Source: Faecousia sp. (GTDB taxonomy: Bacteria > Bacillota > Clostridia > Oscillospirales > Oscillospiraceae). Taken from it: 64,000 nucleotides of DNA. Below the pieces are notes generated by a model. That model ran no database searches, was not told where the DNA came from, and saw nothing but the letters and a program-made list of their open reading frames with translations. Where the stretch lies: assembly GCA_045579965.1 (NCBI GenBank), contig JAZNMX010000036.1, forward strand, positions 90,389 to 154,388, written 5' to 3'. The position numbers and the translations under genes were made by a program. Positions 8,896-17,624 of the stretch are shown here, in pieces (the first letter of the stretch is position 1; each line of letters begins with the position of its first letter).

Positions 8896-9513
8896 TTATC
8901 GAATGAAATCGGTGGAGATTCGCTTTTCCTCGGGGGGCAGGCCGTAGGTTTCCTTACCCAGGGCAATGGATTTCATCAGGAAGGACATATTCCGGGCCAA
9001 AGCGCGCATGGTCTGCAGACCTTCTCCGTCTTGTTCCGCGTCTCCGGGCGCGCTGCCGTGGACGCTGTTCCAGTATTGGCTGGAGGCCACCGGCATGCCG
9101 GCGATGGTGAAGTACTTGTTCAGCATATCAAAGGTTGCAGATGCGCCGCCCCGACGGGCGACGGCAACACATGCGCCCACCTTCATCAGCTTACTGAAGG
9201 TTGTGCTGTGGAACAGCCGGTCCAGAACGGCAATGACCGTTGCATTTGCCGAAGCATAGTACACGGGAGAACCTACCACAAGACCGTCACATTCTTCAAA
9301 AATGGGGGCAATCTCGTTGACCACATCGTCAAATACACATTTGCCGGAGGGTCGGCAGCCGCCGCAGGCAATACAGCCCCGGACATCCTTCATGCCAACA
9401 TTGACAGTGACAACCTCAATTCCTTCCTCCGCGAAGATGTTTTCCATTTCTTTAAGCGCCATAGCGGTGTTTCCCTTGGGGCGGGGACTTCCGTTGATCA
9501 TCAATACTTTCAT
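8896..9513 (-). CDS. Iron-sulfur flavoprotein / flavodoxin family protein
   Basis: NGSPRPKGNT, CxxCxxCxxxxxC, GSPVY, RRGG motifs. Confidence 0.9.
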   Translation of the reverse strand: MKVLMINGSPRPKGNTAMALKEMENIFAEEGIEVVTVNVGMKDVRGCIACGGCRPSGKCVFDDVVNEIAPIFEECDGLVVGSPVYYASANATVIAVLDRLFHSTTFSKLMKVGACVAVARRGGASATFDMLNKYFTIAGMPVASSQYWNSVHGSAPGDAEQDGEGLQTMRALARNMSFLMKSIALGKETYGLPPEEKRISTDFIR

Positions 9514-9627
9514 AATCCATCCTCCTTTTTTATATGATAGCATAGATTTTTCAAAATAGAAAGGCTTTTCAGACATTTTATTTCCTTGACAAATATGTTA
9601 TAATACCCATTGCAAGGAGGGAAGCCT

Positions 9628-10089
9628 ATGGAAAAGCAAAGTGTCAAGATTGCCGCCACAAACAGGGAGGCACGTCACGAGTATTTTGTAGAAGAAGAAT
9701 ACGAGGCCGGCATCGAGCTTTGCGGCACAGAGGTCAAATCCATCCGTGCAGGAACGCTGAACCTGAAGGACAGCTGGTGCGGCATCAAAGACGGGGAGCT
9801 TCTGGTAAACCAGATGCATATTTCCCCCTACGATCACGGCAACATTTTTAACCGTGACCCCCGCAGACCCCGTCGTCTTCTCATGCATAAGCGGGAGATC
9901 ATGCGCCTTTACGGCAAGGTAAAGCAGGACGGCTATTCCATCATTCCGCTGTCGGTGTATTTTAAGGGCAGCCGGGTGAAGGTGAAAGTCGGTCTGTGCA
10001 AGGGTAAGAAACTGTACGATAAAAGACAATCTGCGGCCGAACGGGACGCAAAGCGCCAAATCGACCGTGCAATGAAGGAGAGATATTGA
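9628..10089 (+). CDS. smpB: SsrA-binding protein
   Basis: EAGIELCGTEVKSIR, RRLLMHKREI, GKKLYDKR. Confidence 0.97.
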   Translation: MEKQSVKIAATNREARHEYFVEEEYEAGIELCGTEVKSIRAGTLNLKDSWCGIKDGELLVNQMHISPYDHGNIFNRDPRRPRRLLMHKREIMRLYGKVKQDGYSIIPLSVYFKGSRVKVKVGLCKGKKLYDKRQSAAERDAKRQIDRAMKERY

Positions 10090-10090
10090 T

Positions 10091-10630
10091 ATGGCAAATC
10101 CGAATTTTAAAATTACCATGGAAAACGGCGGCGTAATCGAGGGAGAGCTGTACCCCGATGTAGCGCCTCAGAGCGTGTATAATTTCATTGACCTGTGTAA
10201 CCATAATTATTACGACGGTCTGATTTTCCACCGCGTGATTCCCGGTTTCATGATTCAGGGCGGTTGCCCCGATGGTACCGGCATGGGCGGCCCCGGATAC
10301 TGCATCAAGGGCGAGTTCTTCTTCAATGGCGTGAAGAACGACCTGAAGCACAAGCGGGGCGTGCTGAGCATGGCTCGCTCCCAGAGCCCCAATTCTGCCG
10401 GCAGCCAGTTCTTCATCATGCACCAGGATGCCAAGCACCTGGACGGTCAGTATGCCGCCTTCGGCAAGGTAACCTCCGGTATGGAGGTGGTGGACGCTAT
10501 TGCCGCCACCAAGACCGGCATGCAGGATAGACCTCTGCAGGAGCAGAAGATTGCTTCCATTACCGTGGATACCCACGGCGAAGTATATCCCGAGCCCAAG
10601 AAGCTTGCCGATCCCTACGGAAGATTTTGA
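10091..10630 (+). CDS. ppiB: Cyclophilin-type peptidyl-prolyl isomerase
   Basis: FHRVIPGFMIQGG, SAGSQFFI, HLDGQYAAFG. Confidence 0.93.
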   Translation: MANPNFKITMENGGVIEGELYPDVAPQSVYNFIDLCNHNYYDGLIFHRVIPGFMIQGGCPDGTGMGGPGYCIKGEFFFNGVKNDLKHKRGVLSMARSQSPNSAGSQFFIMHQDAKHLDGQYAAFGKVTSGMEVVDAIAATKTGMQDRPLQEQKIASITVDTHGEVYPEPKKLADPYGRF

Positions 10631-10672
10631 TTGATTTGTGGGATATCCTCCAGCGGATATCCCACCCCATAC

Positions 10673-11020
10673 GGGGCCGTACTGGTTTCGACGGGGGTAG
10701 TGAGGCTGGAATAGCGGGTCGTGGCACCTGACCACGATAAAACGGGTAACTTTTAAATTTAACTGACAACAATACTGTTGCATTCGCTGCCTAATTAGGC
10801 GCGCATCCGCCCCGGAAGGTCCACGAGCCGGGCTCGGGTGTGATTTGAGTGGAGAACGTGCGTATGGTAAGCTTTGCCCATGCCATGTATCATGAAGCTA
10901 CTGATTTCCGTAGGATGTTTGTTTCCGCCGGAATGAGGGAATGTAAATAACAAACTGCACCCGGAGAAGTTCCTTCCAAGTTGCTTTCGGACGGGGGTTC
11001 GATTCCCCTCGGCTCCACCA
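10673..11020 (+). ncRNA. ssrA: tmRNA; tag peptide (A)DNNTVAFAA encoded at 10765-10794
   Basis: 5' GGGGCCGTACTGGTTTCGAC, 3' GGTTCGATTCCCCTCGGCTCCACCA, tag ORF ending FAA-stop, smpB nearby. Confidence 0.97.
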
Positions 11021-11241
11021 CAAAAAATGCCGCCTTCGGGCGGCTTTTTTTGTGGTGGAGCCGGGGGAAGGGGAATCGAAAGGACGGCACCAGTGTGCAC
11101 ACTGGTGCAACCAAGTGTCCGGTGGACACTTGGTTAGTCCGTGGGTGATTCCATTCACATCCGGACGCATCCATTTGGATGTGGACGGATGTGAATAAAA
11201 GATACAGATAAGATAAATGAAAATCGATTCCCCTCGGCTCC
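11017..11241. repeat. 225 bp palindrome-rich element bounded by an 18 bp direct repeat of the tmRNA 3' end
   Basis: TCGATTCCCCTCGGCTCC at 10999-11016 and 11224-11241; inverted copy at 11053-11080; three internal hairpins. Confidence 0.75.
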
Positions 11242-11294
11242 GTATTGATTATCCGTAGGACATATGATATAGTAACAGTAAGGAGTTGAGATAA

Positions 11295-11762
11295 ATGCCC
11301 ATTGTAAAATTCTACAGAAACGATCCCAATGCACCCAAAACAACCCGTCCTGCCCATCTGGGTGCCAATGTGATTATTACCTGCAACAACCGGATTTTGC
11401 TGGAGAAGCGCCGTGACAGCGACACCTGGGGCTTGGTAGGCGGCGGTGTGAAACCAAAAGAAGAGCCGATTGATGCCATTGTCCGGGAGGTTCGTGAAGA
11501 ACTGGGTATTCGCGTACCTAAGGAACGTTTTGTAAAGCGTAAAGTGTATGGAGAGCCGGGGCGAATAGCCGCGTATCAGGACGGCAGTATCTGGCGCATG
11601 GTGATTGTTCTGTTTACGCTGGAATTAGACCTTGAACCGGAAATGACCATCAGTGCAGAGTCCAAGGATTTGCGTTTTTTTACCCGGGAAGAGCTAGAGG
11701 ATATTCAAATCGTTGTGACTCACAGCGATTTGGTGGAGGAATGGTTTTTGGAAAATATGTAA
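11295..11762 (+). CDS. NUDIX hydrolase
   Basis: GGGVKPKEEPIDAIVREVREELG Nudix box; AAGGAG RBS. Confidence 0.9.
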   Translation: MPIVKFYRNDPNAPKTTRPAHLGANVIITCNNRILLEKRRDSDTWGLVGGGVKPKEEPIDAIVREVREELGIRVPKERFVKRKVYGEPGRIAAYQDGSIWRMVIVLFTLELDLEPEMTISAESKDLRFFTREELEDIQIVVTHSDLVEEWFLENM

Positions 11763-11791
11763 TGCATGAAATAAGAAAGGGGATGGGAAGT

Positions 11792-12268
11792 ATGTTCAAG
11801 AAAAAGAATCGGTGGTTACTCATTCTGGCAGTATGTGTAGTCGCTGCAGCATTGGTCGTTCCCCATTTTGTTGCCGTTAACTTTGGCCTGTTTGATTCTA
11901 CCGGGGGCAGCTGTATATCTGTTGTATTTGATAAGCATTCTGTTGTCACCGCGGACAGGATTGTTTACCGCGTAGGGGAACAGGAAATCACCATCACCGA
12001 CCCCGACACGGTTCAATATATTGCAAAACACTTTGTGGTTGCCAACCGGGCAGGCTTGTGTCCTGCTCAGGAGAACCGTTGGATGTACATTTACAACGGT
12101 GACAAGCTGGTCAGAAGTATGCGGTGGAGAGGCTGCGAGGAATTTGTGGATATCTATCAGGCAGACATTACCCACTGGCTGCTCCCCAGCGAAACCAAAA
12201 CAGGTCAAGTGGAGCTAAGCAGAGAATTTTTGGACTATCTGGATGCGTTAATGGAGCAAGAATTGTGA
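11792..12268 (+). CDS. Hypothetical exported/membrane-anchored protein
   Basis: KKK plus hydrophobic N-terminus; followed by terminator. Confidence 0.65.
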   Translation: MFKKKNRWLLILAVCVVAAALVVPHFVAVNFGLFDSTGGSCISVVFDKHSVVTADRIVYRVGEQEITITDPDTVQYIAKHFVVANRAGLCPAQENRWMYIYNGDKLVRSMRWRGCEEFVDIYQADITHWLLPSETKTGQVELSREFLDYLDALMEQEL

Positions 12269-12272
12269 ATCG

Positions 12273-12302
12273 ATCCTCGCCGGTAACCCGGCGGGGATTT
12301 TT
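12273..12302 (+). terminator. Intrinsic terminator
   Basis: ATCCTCGCCGG-TAAC-CCGGCGGGGAT followed by T run. Confidence 0.75.
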
Positions 12303-12362
12303 CACATCCGTATTCAAAAAATGAATAAAGCTTAAATATTTGTGGATTTTTTGAAAAAATAC

Positions 12363-12391
12363 TTGTATATTCATAATATTTATGTTAATAT
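12363..12391 (+). promoter_or_regulatory. SigA-type promoter for OLE RNA
   Basis: TTGTAT-N17-TAATAT with TG extension and AT-rich upstream region, about 7 nt before the RNA 5' stem. Confidence 0.65.
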
Positions 12392-12398
12392 ACAACCC

Positions 12399-13008
12399 GA
12401 CGGCGCAGTATCCTAGTCAGAACGGTCTCTTCCAGGTAGGGCCTAAAAATCCTATGAAGGGCACATCGATGAAGTCCCTGGTGTCTGCTTTTTACGCCCA
12501 GTTTAGGGTGGGTGCTGGGGGTTAAGGTTTCTGGGCGCGCTCCAATGGCATGGGGCATACGACCCAGTTTCCGCGGAGACCTGAAGCTTGTGCGACGAAG
12601 TTGAGAACTCCACTTGTTTGGAAGCCGCTTCGCGTACGAATCAGGTAAGAACCTGCAAGGCGGTGCACAGAATCGTGTGCTGTGTGCAGTGTAGCCTGCC
12701 TTGAGTGAATATGTTGGGAAAGAAGGACGCGCAGATGCTACGGCCATAGCATTCTGCGATATTGCTTCTGGAAATCATATTTGCAAAAGAGGCTAAGACT
12801 AGATTTGTTCTGTTGTGGAAATCACCTAGGCTGTCGTAACTGGGCAAGCAGGGGATTACAGTACGGACTAAGTGGCAATCGGGTACTCGGGCACGGCAAC
12901 ACCCGTGCGTACGGATCAAACGGAAACGGCCTGCGCGGCAACGGCAGGTTCTGTGCGGAGAAAATCAACCCGACCTAAGCCGTAAGATTTATCCTGTTTG
13001 TCGCCGTC
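12399..13008 (+). ncRNA. ole: OLE (ornate, large, extremophilic) RNA
   Basis: 610 nt without a credible ORF; ends pair (GACGGCG/CGCCGTC); recalled OLE-conserved strings GCAGTATCCTAGTCAG, AAGGGCACATCGATGAAG, GTAGCCTGCCTTGAGTG, GCAAAAGAGGCTA, GGACTAAGTGG; oapA and dxs-tlyA-nadK-argR-recN follow. Confidence 0.92.
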
Positions 13009-13034
13009 TTTTTTATAAAAAAGGAGAATGCATT

Positions 13035-13613
13035 GTGTCAAAAGCGGATTCCGGTGACTCAAAAAAACATAAGGTGAAAAATGTCCGTTGGGTCATCACG
13101 ATTTTTCTGGTAACCATCTTGATATCCGGTATCATTTCCCTGGTCTCCGAGGAGGTTATGGGCGCCAGCGGTATGGTTACCGCTTTTTTGATTCTTCTGG
13201 CAATTGTTTTAATTGGTATTGTTTTTGACATTATCGGTGTTGCGGTGACCTCTGCCGATGAAGCGCCCTTCCACGCCATGTCTGCCCGTAAGGTGCCCGG
13301 TGCAAAGGAAGCAATCCGGCTTCTGCGGCAGGCAGAAAAGGTTAGCTCCATCTGCAACGATGTGGTAGGCGATATCTGCGGTGTTGTGTCCGGTTCCGCA
13401 TCGGCTACCATCGCAGTTCAAATTCTTCAAAGCTTTGAATTTTCCTGGCCCAGAATGATCTCCCTGATCATGTCCGCTCTGGTAGCCGGACTGACGGTTG
13501 GCGGAAAGGCAATCGGTAAGACCTTTGCCGTGAATTCCTCCACTAGAATTGTCTATGCCGTTGGTAGAATGGTACATACGCTGTCTGTTCTGCCCGGAAA
13601 GCGAAAGAAATAA
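13035..13613 (+). CDS. oapA: OLE-associated protein A (membrane protein, DUF21/CNNM-like)
   Basis: About 4 TM segments; FDIIGVAVT, PFHAMSARKVPGA, CNDVVGDICGVVSG, LTVGGKA; 26 nt after OLE RNA. Confidence 0.9.
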   Translation: MSKADSGDSKKHKVKNVRWVITIFLVTILISGIISLVSEEVMGASGMVTAFLILLAIVLIGIVFDIIGVAVTSADEAPFHAMSARKVPGAKEAIRLLRQAEKVSSICNDVVGDICGVVSGSASATIAVQILQSFEFSWPRMISLIMSALVAGLTVGGKAIGKTFAVNSSTRIVYAVGRMVHTLSVLPGKRKK

Positions 13614-13635
13614 TAAAGATAGGTTGTGTAATACT

Positions 13636-15483
13636 GTGGCAATCTTGGAAACCATCCACGGCCACGGCGATTTGGTAAAGCTGAATCCTCAGCAAATGGA
13701 AATCCTCTGCGGGGAAATCCGGGAATTCCTCATCGCCAATATAGCCCGAACCGGCGGTCATCTGGCCTCCAATTTGGGTATTGTAGAGCTGACAGTTGCT
13801 CTGGAAACTGTATATAATACGGAAATTGACCGTCTGGTTTTTGACGTTGGTCATCAGTCCTATGTCCATAAGCTGCTGACCGGTCGCCAGGCGGATTTTT
13901 CTCATTTGCGTCAATTTGGCGGCATCGCAGGCTTCCCCAAGCCTTTGGAAAGCAACACCGATGCTTTTGTGGCAGGACACGCATCATCTTCCGTTTCCAT
14001 TGGCCTGGGTATGGCCCGGGCAAGAACCCTCCAGGGTAAGGACTACGGCGTTTGCGTGGTAATTGGTGACGGCGCAACCACCGGCGGTATGGCATACGAG
14101 GGTCTGAACGATGCCGGTGACAGCGGGCAGCCTATAGTGGTCATTCTCAATGATAACGAAATGTCCATTGACCGCAACGTGGGCGGCATGGCCCAGCATT
14201 TTTCCCGCCTGCGCAGTAAGGCAAAATACCTTTATATCAAGGAGCGCTACCGTACGTTCCTGCACAAAATTCCCGGCGGCAGATTTGTCTACCGCCTCAC
14301 CAGTATGCTGAAAAATGTGTTCAAGCGTATGGTTCTGAAGGGAACTATGTTTGAGCACATGGGCTTTACCTATATCGGACCGGTGGACGGACACGACCTG
14401 CCGGAGCTGATTGCGCTCTTGCGGACAGCCCGTAATCTGAACCGTCCGGTTTTGATTCATGTCATGACCCAAAAGGGCCGGGGATATAAATTTGCGGAGG
14501 AAATGCCCTCGAAATTTCATGGTGTCGGTCAGTTTGATGTAGATTCCGGAGAAACCTTGGGGAAGGGGAATACCACATTTTCCGAAACCTTCGGCCGTAC
14601 ACTTACGGAACTGGCATCCCATGACAGTCGGGTATGCGCCATCACCGCGGCAATGCCCGGCGGCACCGGTCTGCTTGGTTTCCTGAAGGAACATCCGGAC
14701 CGGCTTTTTGATGTGGGTATTGCAGAGGAGCATGCCGTTTCCATGGCAGGCGGCCTTGCCAAGCAGGGCATGATTCCTGTGGTTGCCTTGTATTCAACCT
14801 TCCTGCAGCGCTCCTTCGACCAGATTCTGCAGGATATCTGTATGTTGAAGCTCCATGCCGTTTTTGCGGTGGACCGGGCCGGCCTTGTGGGCGAGGACGG
14901 AGAAACCCACCACGGTGTTTTTGATGTTGGATTTCTTCGTCAAGCGCCGGGCATGAAGATTCTGTGTCCTGCCAGCTGCAAGGAACTCTCTGATATGCTT
15001 GTTTGGGCAGTGGAAGAATATGACGCACCGGTTGCTGTTCGGTATCCCAGAGGGGCAGACCTAGGCTATTCCGACAGTGCATGGACGGAGAATCATAACA
15101 TTTATTGTCACTGCAAGGGTGCTGACGGCGCCATTGTGACCTACGGAACGATGATTAACAACGTCCTGCAGGCGCGTGAGCTTCTGCGGGAAAAAGGTTT
15201 GGAGTTTGCAGTTATTCGGCTGTTAAGCCTGGATATTGTATCCGAAGAAATTAAGAAGTTCTTACCTGCTAGCAAGCCGGTTTTCGTTGTTGAGGAAACC
15301 GCAAGCGGCTCCGGTATTCACGCAGAGGTCGCATACAAATTGCCGGGCTGCTCTGTCTATGGCATGAATTTGGGCAATGAATATGTGACCCATGGCGCAG
15401 TGAACGAACTTTACCATATGTGTGGGCTGGATGGTGATTCCATCGCCCGGCGCATTCAGGAGGTGGCAGAACATGAAAATTAA
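13636..15483 (+). CDS. dxs: 1-deoxy-D-xylulose-5-phosphate synthase
   Basis: GGHLASNLG, DVGHQ, GDGA, GIAEEHA, DRAG motifs. Confidence 0.97.
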   Translation: MAILETIHGHGDLVKLNPQQMEILCGEIREFLIANIARTGGHLASNLGIVELTVALETVYNTEIDRLVFDVGHQSYVHKLLTGRQADFSHLRQFGGIAGFPKPLESNTDAFVAGHASSSVSIGLGMARARTLQGKDYGVCVVIGDGATTGGMAYEGLNDAGDSGQPIVVILNDNEMSIDRNVGGMAQHFSRLRSKAKYLYIKERYRTFLHKIPGGRFVYRLTSMLKNVFKRMVLKGTMFEHMGFTYIGPVDGHDLPELIALLRTARNLNRPVLIHVMTQKGRGYKFAEEMPSKFHGVGQFDVDSGETLGKGNTTFSETFGRTLTELASHDSRVCAITAAMPGGTGLLGFLKEHPDRLFDVGIAEEHAVSMAGGLAKQGMIPVVALYSTFLQRSFDQILQDICMLKLHAVFAVDRAGLVGEDGETHHGVFDVGFLRQAPGMKILCPASCKELSDMLVWAVEEYDAPVAVRYPRGADLGYSDSAWTENHNIYCHCKGADGAIVTYGTMINNVLQARELLREKGLEFAVIRLLSLDIVSEEIKKFLPASKPVFVVEETASGSGIHAEVAYKLPGCSVYGMNLGNEYVTHGAVNELYHMCGLDGDSIARRIQEVAEHEN

Positions 15484-16276
15484 AAAGAGACTGGATGTTC
15501 TGCTGACGGAACTGGGCTATGCCGACAGCCGGGCAAAGGCCCAAGCCATTATCATGGCCGGACAGGTGTATGTGGCTGGACAAAAGGCGGACAAGCCCGG
15601 TATTTCCTATGAAGAATCGGTGGAAATTGAGGTTCGTGGAGAAACCTGTCCCTATGTCAGCCGGGGCGGCTGGAAGCTGGAAAAGGCATTGCGGTATTTC
15701 GGCGTGAATCCTACCGGCTTTGTCTGCAGCGATTCCGGCGCATCTACCGGCGGATTTACCGACTGCCTTTTGCAGCAGGGTGCCAGCAAGGTGTTTGCCA
15801 TTGATGTGGGCTACGGTCAGCTGGATTGGAAAATCCGCTCGGATCCCCGTGTGGTGGTGATGGAGCGGACCAATATCCGCTATGTAACGCCCGAAGATCT
15901 GGGAGAGCCCCTGGATCTTTCGGTAATTGATGTGAGTTTCATTTCTTTGAAAATTGTTCTTCCTGCCATTAAGGAACTTCTGAAAGAAGACGGCCAAGTC
16001 CTTTGTCTGATTAAGCCCCAGTTTGAGGCCGGTCGGGAAAAGGTTGGTAAAAAGGGTGTGGTCCGGGATGCCGAGACTCACAAGGAAGTTTTGGACGATT
16101 TTGTAGTCCTGGCAGAATCCCTTGGATTTACCATTTTGGGACTGACTTTCTCTCCGGTAAAAGGACCGGAAGGGAATATTGAATTTTTGGGTCATCTGAC
16201 TTTACAAAAGCAAACCGGCATTGTTCCGGATACCGCTGATCTGGTACACCAGGCACATGAAGCACTGAAGGGGTGA
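15473..16276 (+). CDS. tlyA: TlyA family RNA methyltransferase
   Basis: S4 domain, YVSRGG, GASTGGFTD, KPQFE, GPEGNIE. Confidence 0.95.
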   Translation: MKIKKRLDVLLTELGYADSRAKAQAIIMAGQVYVAGQKADKPGISYEESVEIEVRGETCPYVSRGGWKLEKALRYFGVNPTGFVCSDSGASTGGFTDCLLQQGASKVFAIDVGYGQLDWKIRSDPRVVVMERTNIRYVTPEDLGEPLDLSVIDVSFISLKIVLPAIKELLKEDGQVLCLIKPQFEAGREKVGKKGVVRDAETHKEVLDDFVVLAESLGFTILGLTFSPVKGPEGNIEFLGHLTLQKQTGIVPDTADLVHQAHEALKG

Positions 16277-16280
16277 AGGT

Positions 16281-17141
16281 ATGAAAAAAGTAATATTGAC
16301 ACCCAATCCCTATCGGGATAAGGATTTTCAGACGGTTCGTGCCGCGTTGAAGGTTCTTGGAGAAGCCGGCATTGAGGGGCGGATCTGCCTGCCTTTCGAG
16401 GTGGACAGAAGCTTTGCGCTGCCCCGGGATTTGCATTTTCACCGGTTTGACAGAGAAATTCAAAGCGCGGATGCCATCATTTGCTTCGGTGGCGACGGTA
16501 CGATTCTGTATACCGCAAAAGCAGCCACCCGGGCAGGAATTCCCGTGTTGGGCATCAACATTGGCACAATGGGCTTTATGGCGGAGCTGGAAAGTTCGGA
16601 GCTGGATCAACTGAAGCGGCTTGCGAATGACGATTACACCCTGGAAAGCAGAATGATGCTGGATGTGTCGGTTTACCGGGACCGGAGTATTATTTTCCAC
16701 GATATTGGCTTAAATGACGTGGTCATTTCCAAGGGTGCCATTGCCCGGATTGTTCATTTAAGTGTTTCCTGCGACGGTGTTCAGGCAATGGAATGCAGCG
16801 GTGACGGTGTAATCGTGGCAACGCCCACCGGTTCTACTGCCTACTCTCTGTCTGCCGGCGGTCCTATTGTAGAGCCAGAGACGGAAAGCCTGCTGATTAC
16901 CCCCATTTGCGCCCACGATGTGGTCAACCGCAGCATTGTAACCTCCCACAAACGGGTGATTTCCGTTGAGGTTACCAAGAACGCCCGTCGCAATGCGTTC
17001 CTGAGTGTTGACGGCGGCAAGGCGCTGAAGATGAATATGGGGGATACTGCTGTCATTAAACAATCCAACCTCCAGACCAAGCTGATTCGGCTGAAGCCTC
17101 ACAGCTTTTTCGACGTTGTGAACATGAAGTTCCGGAAATGA
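16281..17141 (+). CDS. nadK: NAD kinase
   Basis: GGDGT, DGVIVATPTGSTAYSLSAGGP. Confidence 0.96.
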   Translation: MKKVILTPNPYRDKDFQTVRAALKVLGEAGIEGRICLPFEVDRSFALPRDLHFHRFDREIQSADAIICFGGDGTILYTAKAATRAGIPVLGINIGTMGFMAELESSELDQLKRLANDDYTLESRMMLDVSVYRDRSIIFHDIGLNDVVISKGAIARIVHLSVSCDGVQAMECSGDGVIVATPTGSTAYSLSAGGPIVEPETESLLITPICAHDVVNRSIVTSHKRVISVEVTKNARRNAFLSVDGGKALKMNMGDTAVIKQSNLQTKLIRLKPHSFFDVVNMKFRK

Positions 17142-17151
17142 GGGAGCATAT

Positions 17152-17604
17152 ATGAAAAATCAAAGACAGTCAAAGATTATGGAGATTATCTCCAACCGGA
17201 ATGTGGAAACCCAGGAACAGCTGCTGCAGGAGCTGCAAAATGCAGGCTTCCGGAGCACCCAGGCTACCATCTCCCGGGATATTAAGGAGCTGCGGATTGT
17301 CAAGGAATTGACAAGCTTCGGAACCTACCGCTATACCGCATCCACCAGCGAGGTTGGCGGAACATTTTCCAGCAAACTGAACACCATTTTCCGGGAGTGT
17401 ATCACGAATTTTGACTACGCCCAGAACATCATTATTGTCAGAACACTGCCGGGTCTTGCTTCTGCGGCGGCATCGGCAGTGGACGCCATGAATCTGAGTG
17501 TTGTGGTAGGAAGCATTGCCGGTGACGATACGGTTTTCATTGTCATGCGGGATAACAATGCTGCCGCTGCATTCTGCGGAGAAATCCGGAATTTACTGAG
17601 CTGA
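17152..17604 (+). CDS. argR: Arginine repressor
   Basis: TQATISRDIKEL, GSIAGDDT. Confidence 0.96.
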   Translation: MKNQRQSKIMEIISNRNVETQEQLLQELQNAGFRSTQATISRDIKELRIVKELTSFGTYRYTASTSEVGGTFSSKLNTIFRECITNFDYAQNIIIVRTLPGLASAAASAVDAMNLSVVVGSIAGDDTVFIVMRDNNAAAAFCGEIRNLLS

Positions 17605-17624
17605 CAAAAAGGGAGGTGTTCGCC

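Noticed and set aside
11080-11200. Clustered palindromes as a mini CRISPR array or tRNA gene
   Set aside because: Hairpins differ in sequence and there is no cloverleaf with anticodon arm
10560-11357. Minus-strand ORFs over ssrA and its downstream repeat
   Set aside because: Antisense shadows of tmRNA and palindromic DNA
12385-12978. Three short ORFs (12385-12747, 12641-12919, 12781-12978) over the large intergenic region
   Set aside because: No RBS or recognisable motifs; the region is explained by OLE RNA
12399-13008. Alternative reading as group I/II intron or RNase P RNA
   Set aside because: No domain V, no interrupted host gene, no RNase P GAGGAAAGUCC motif; oapA context fits OLE
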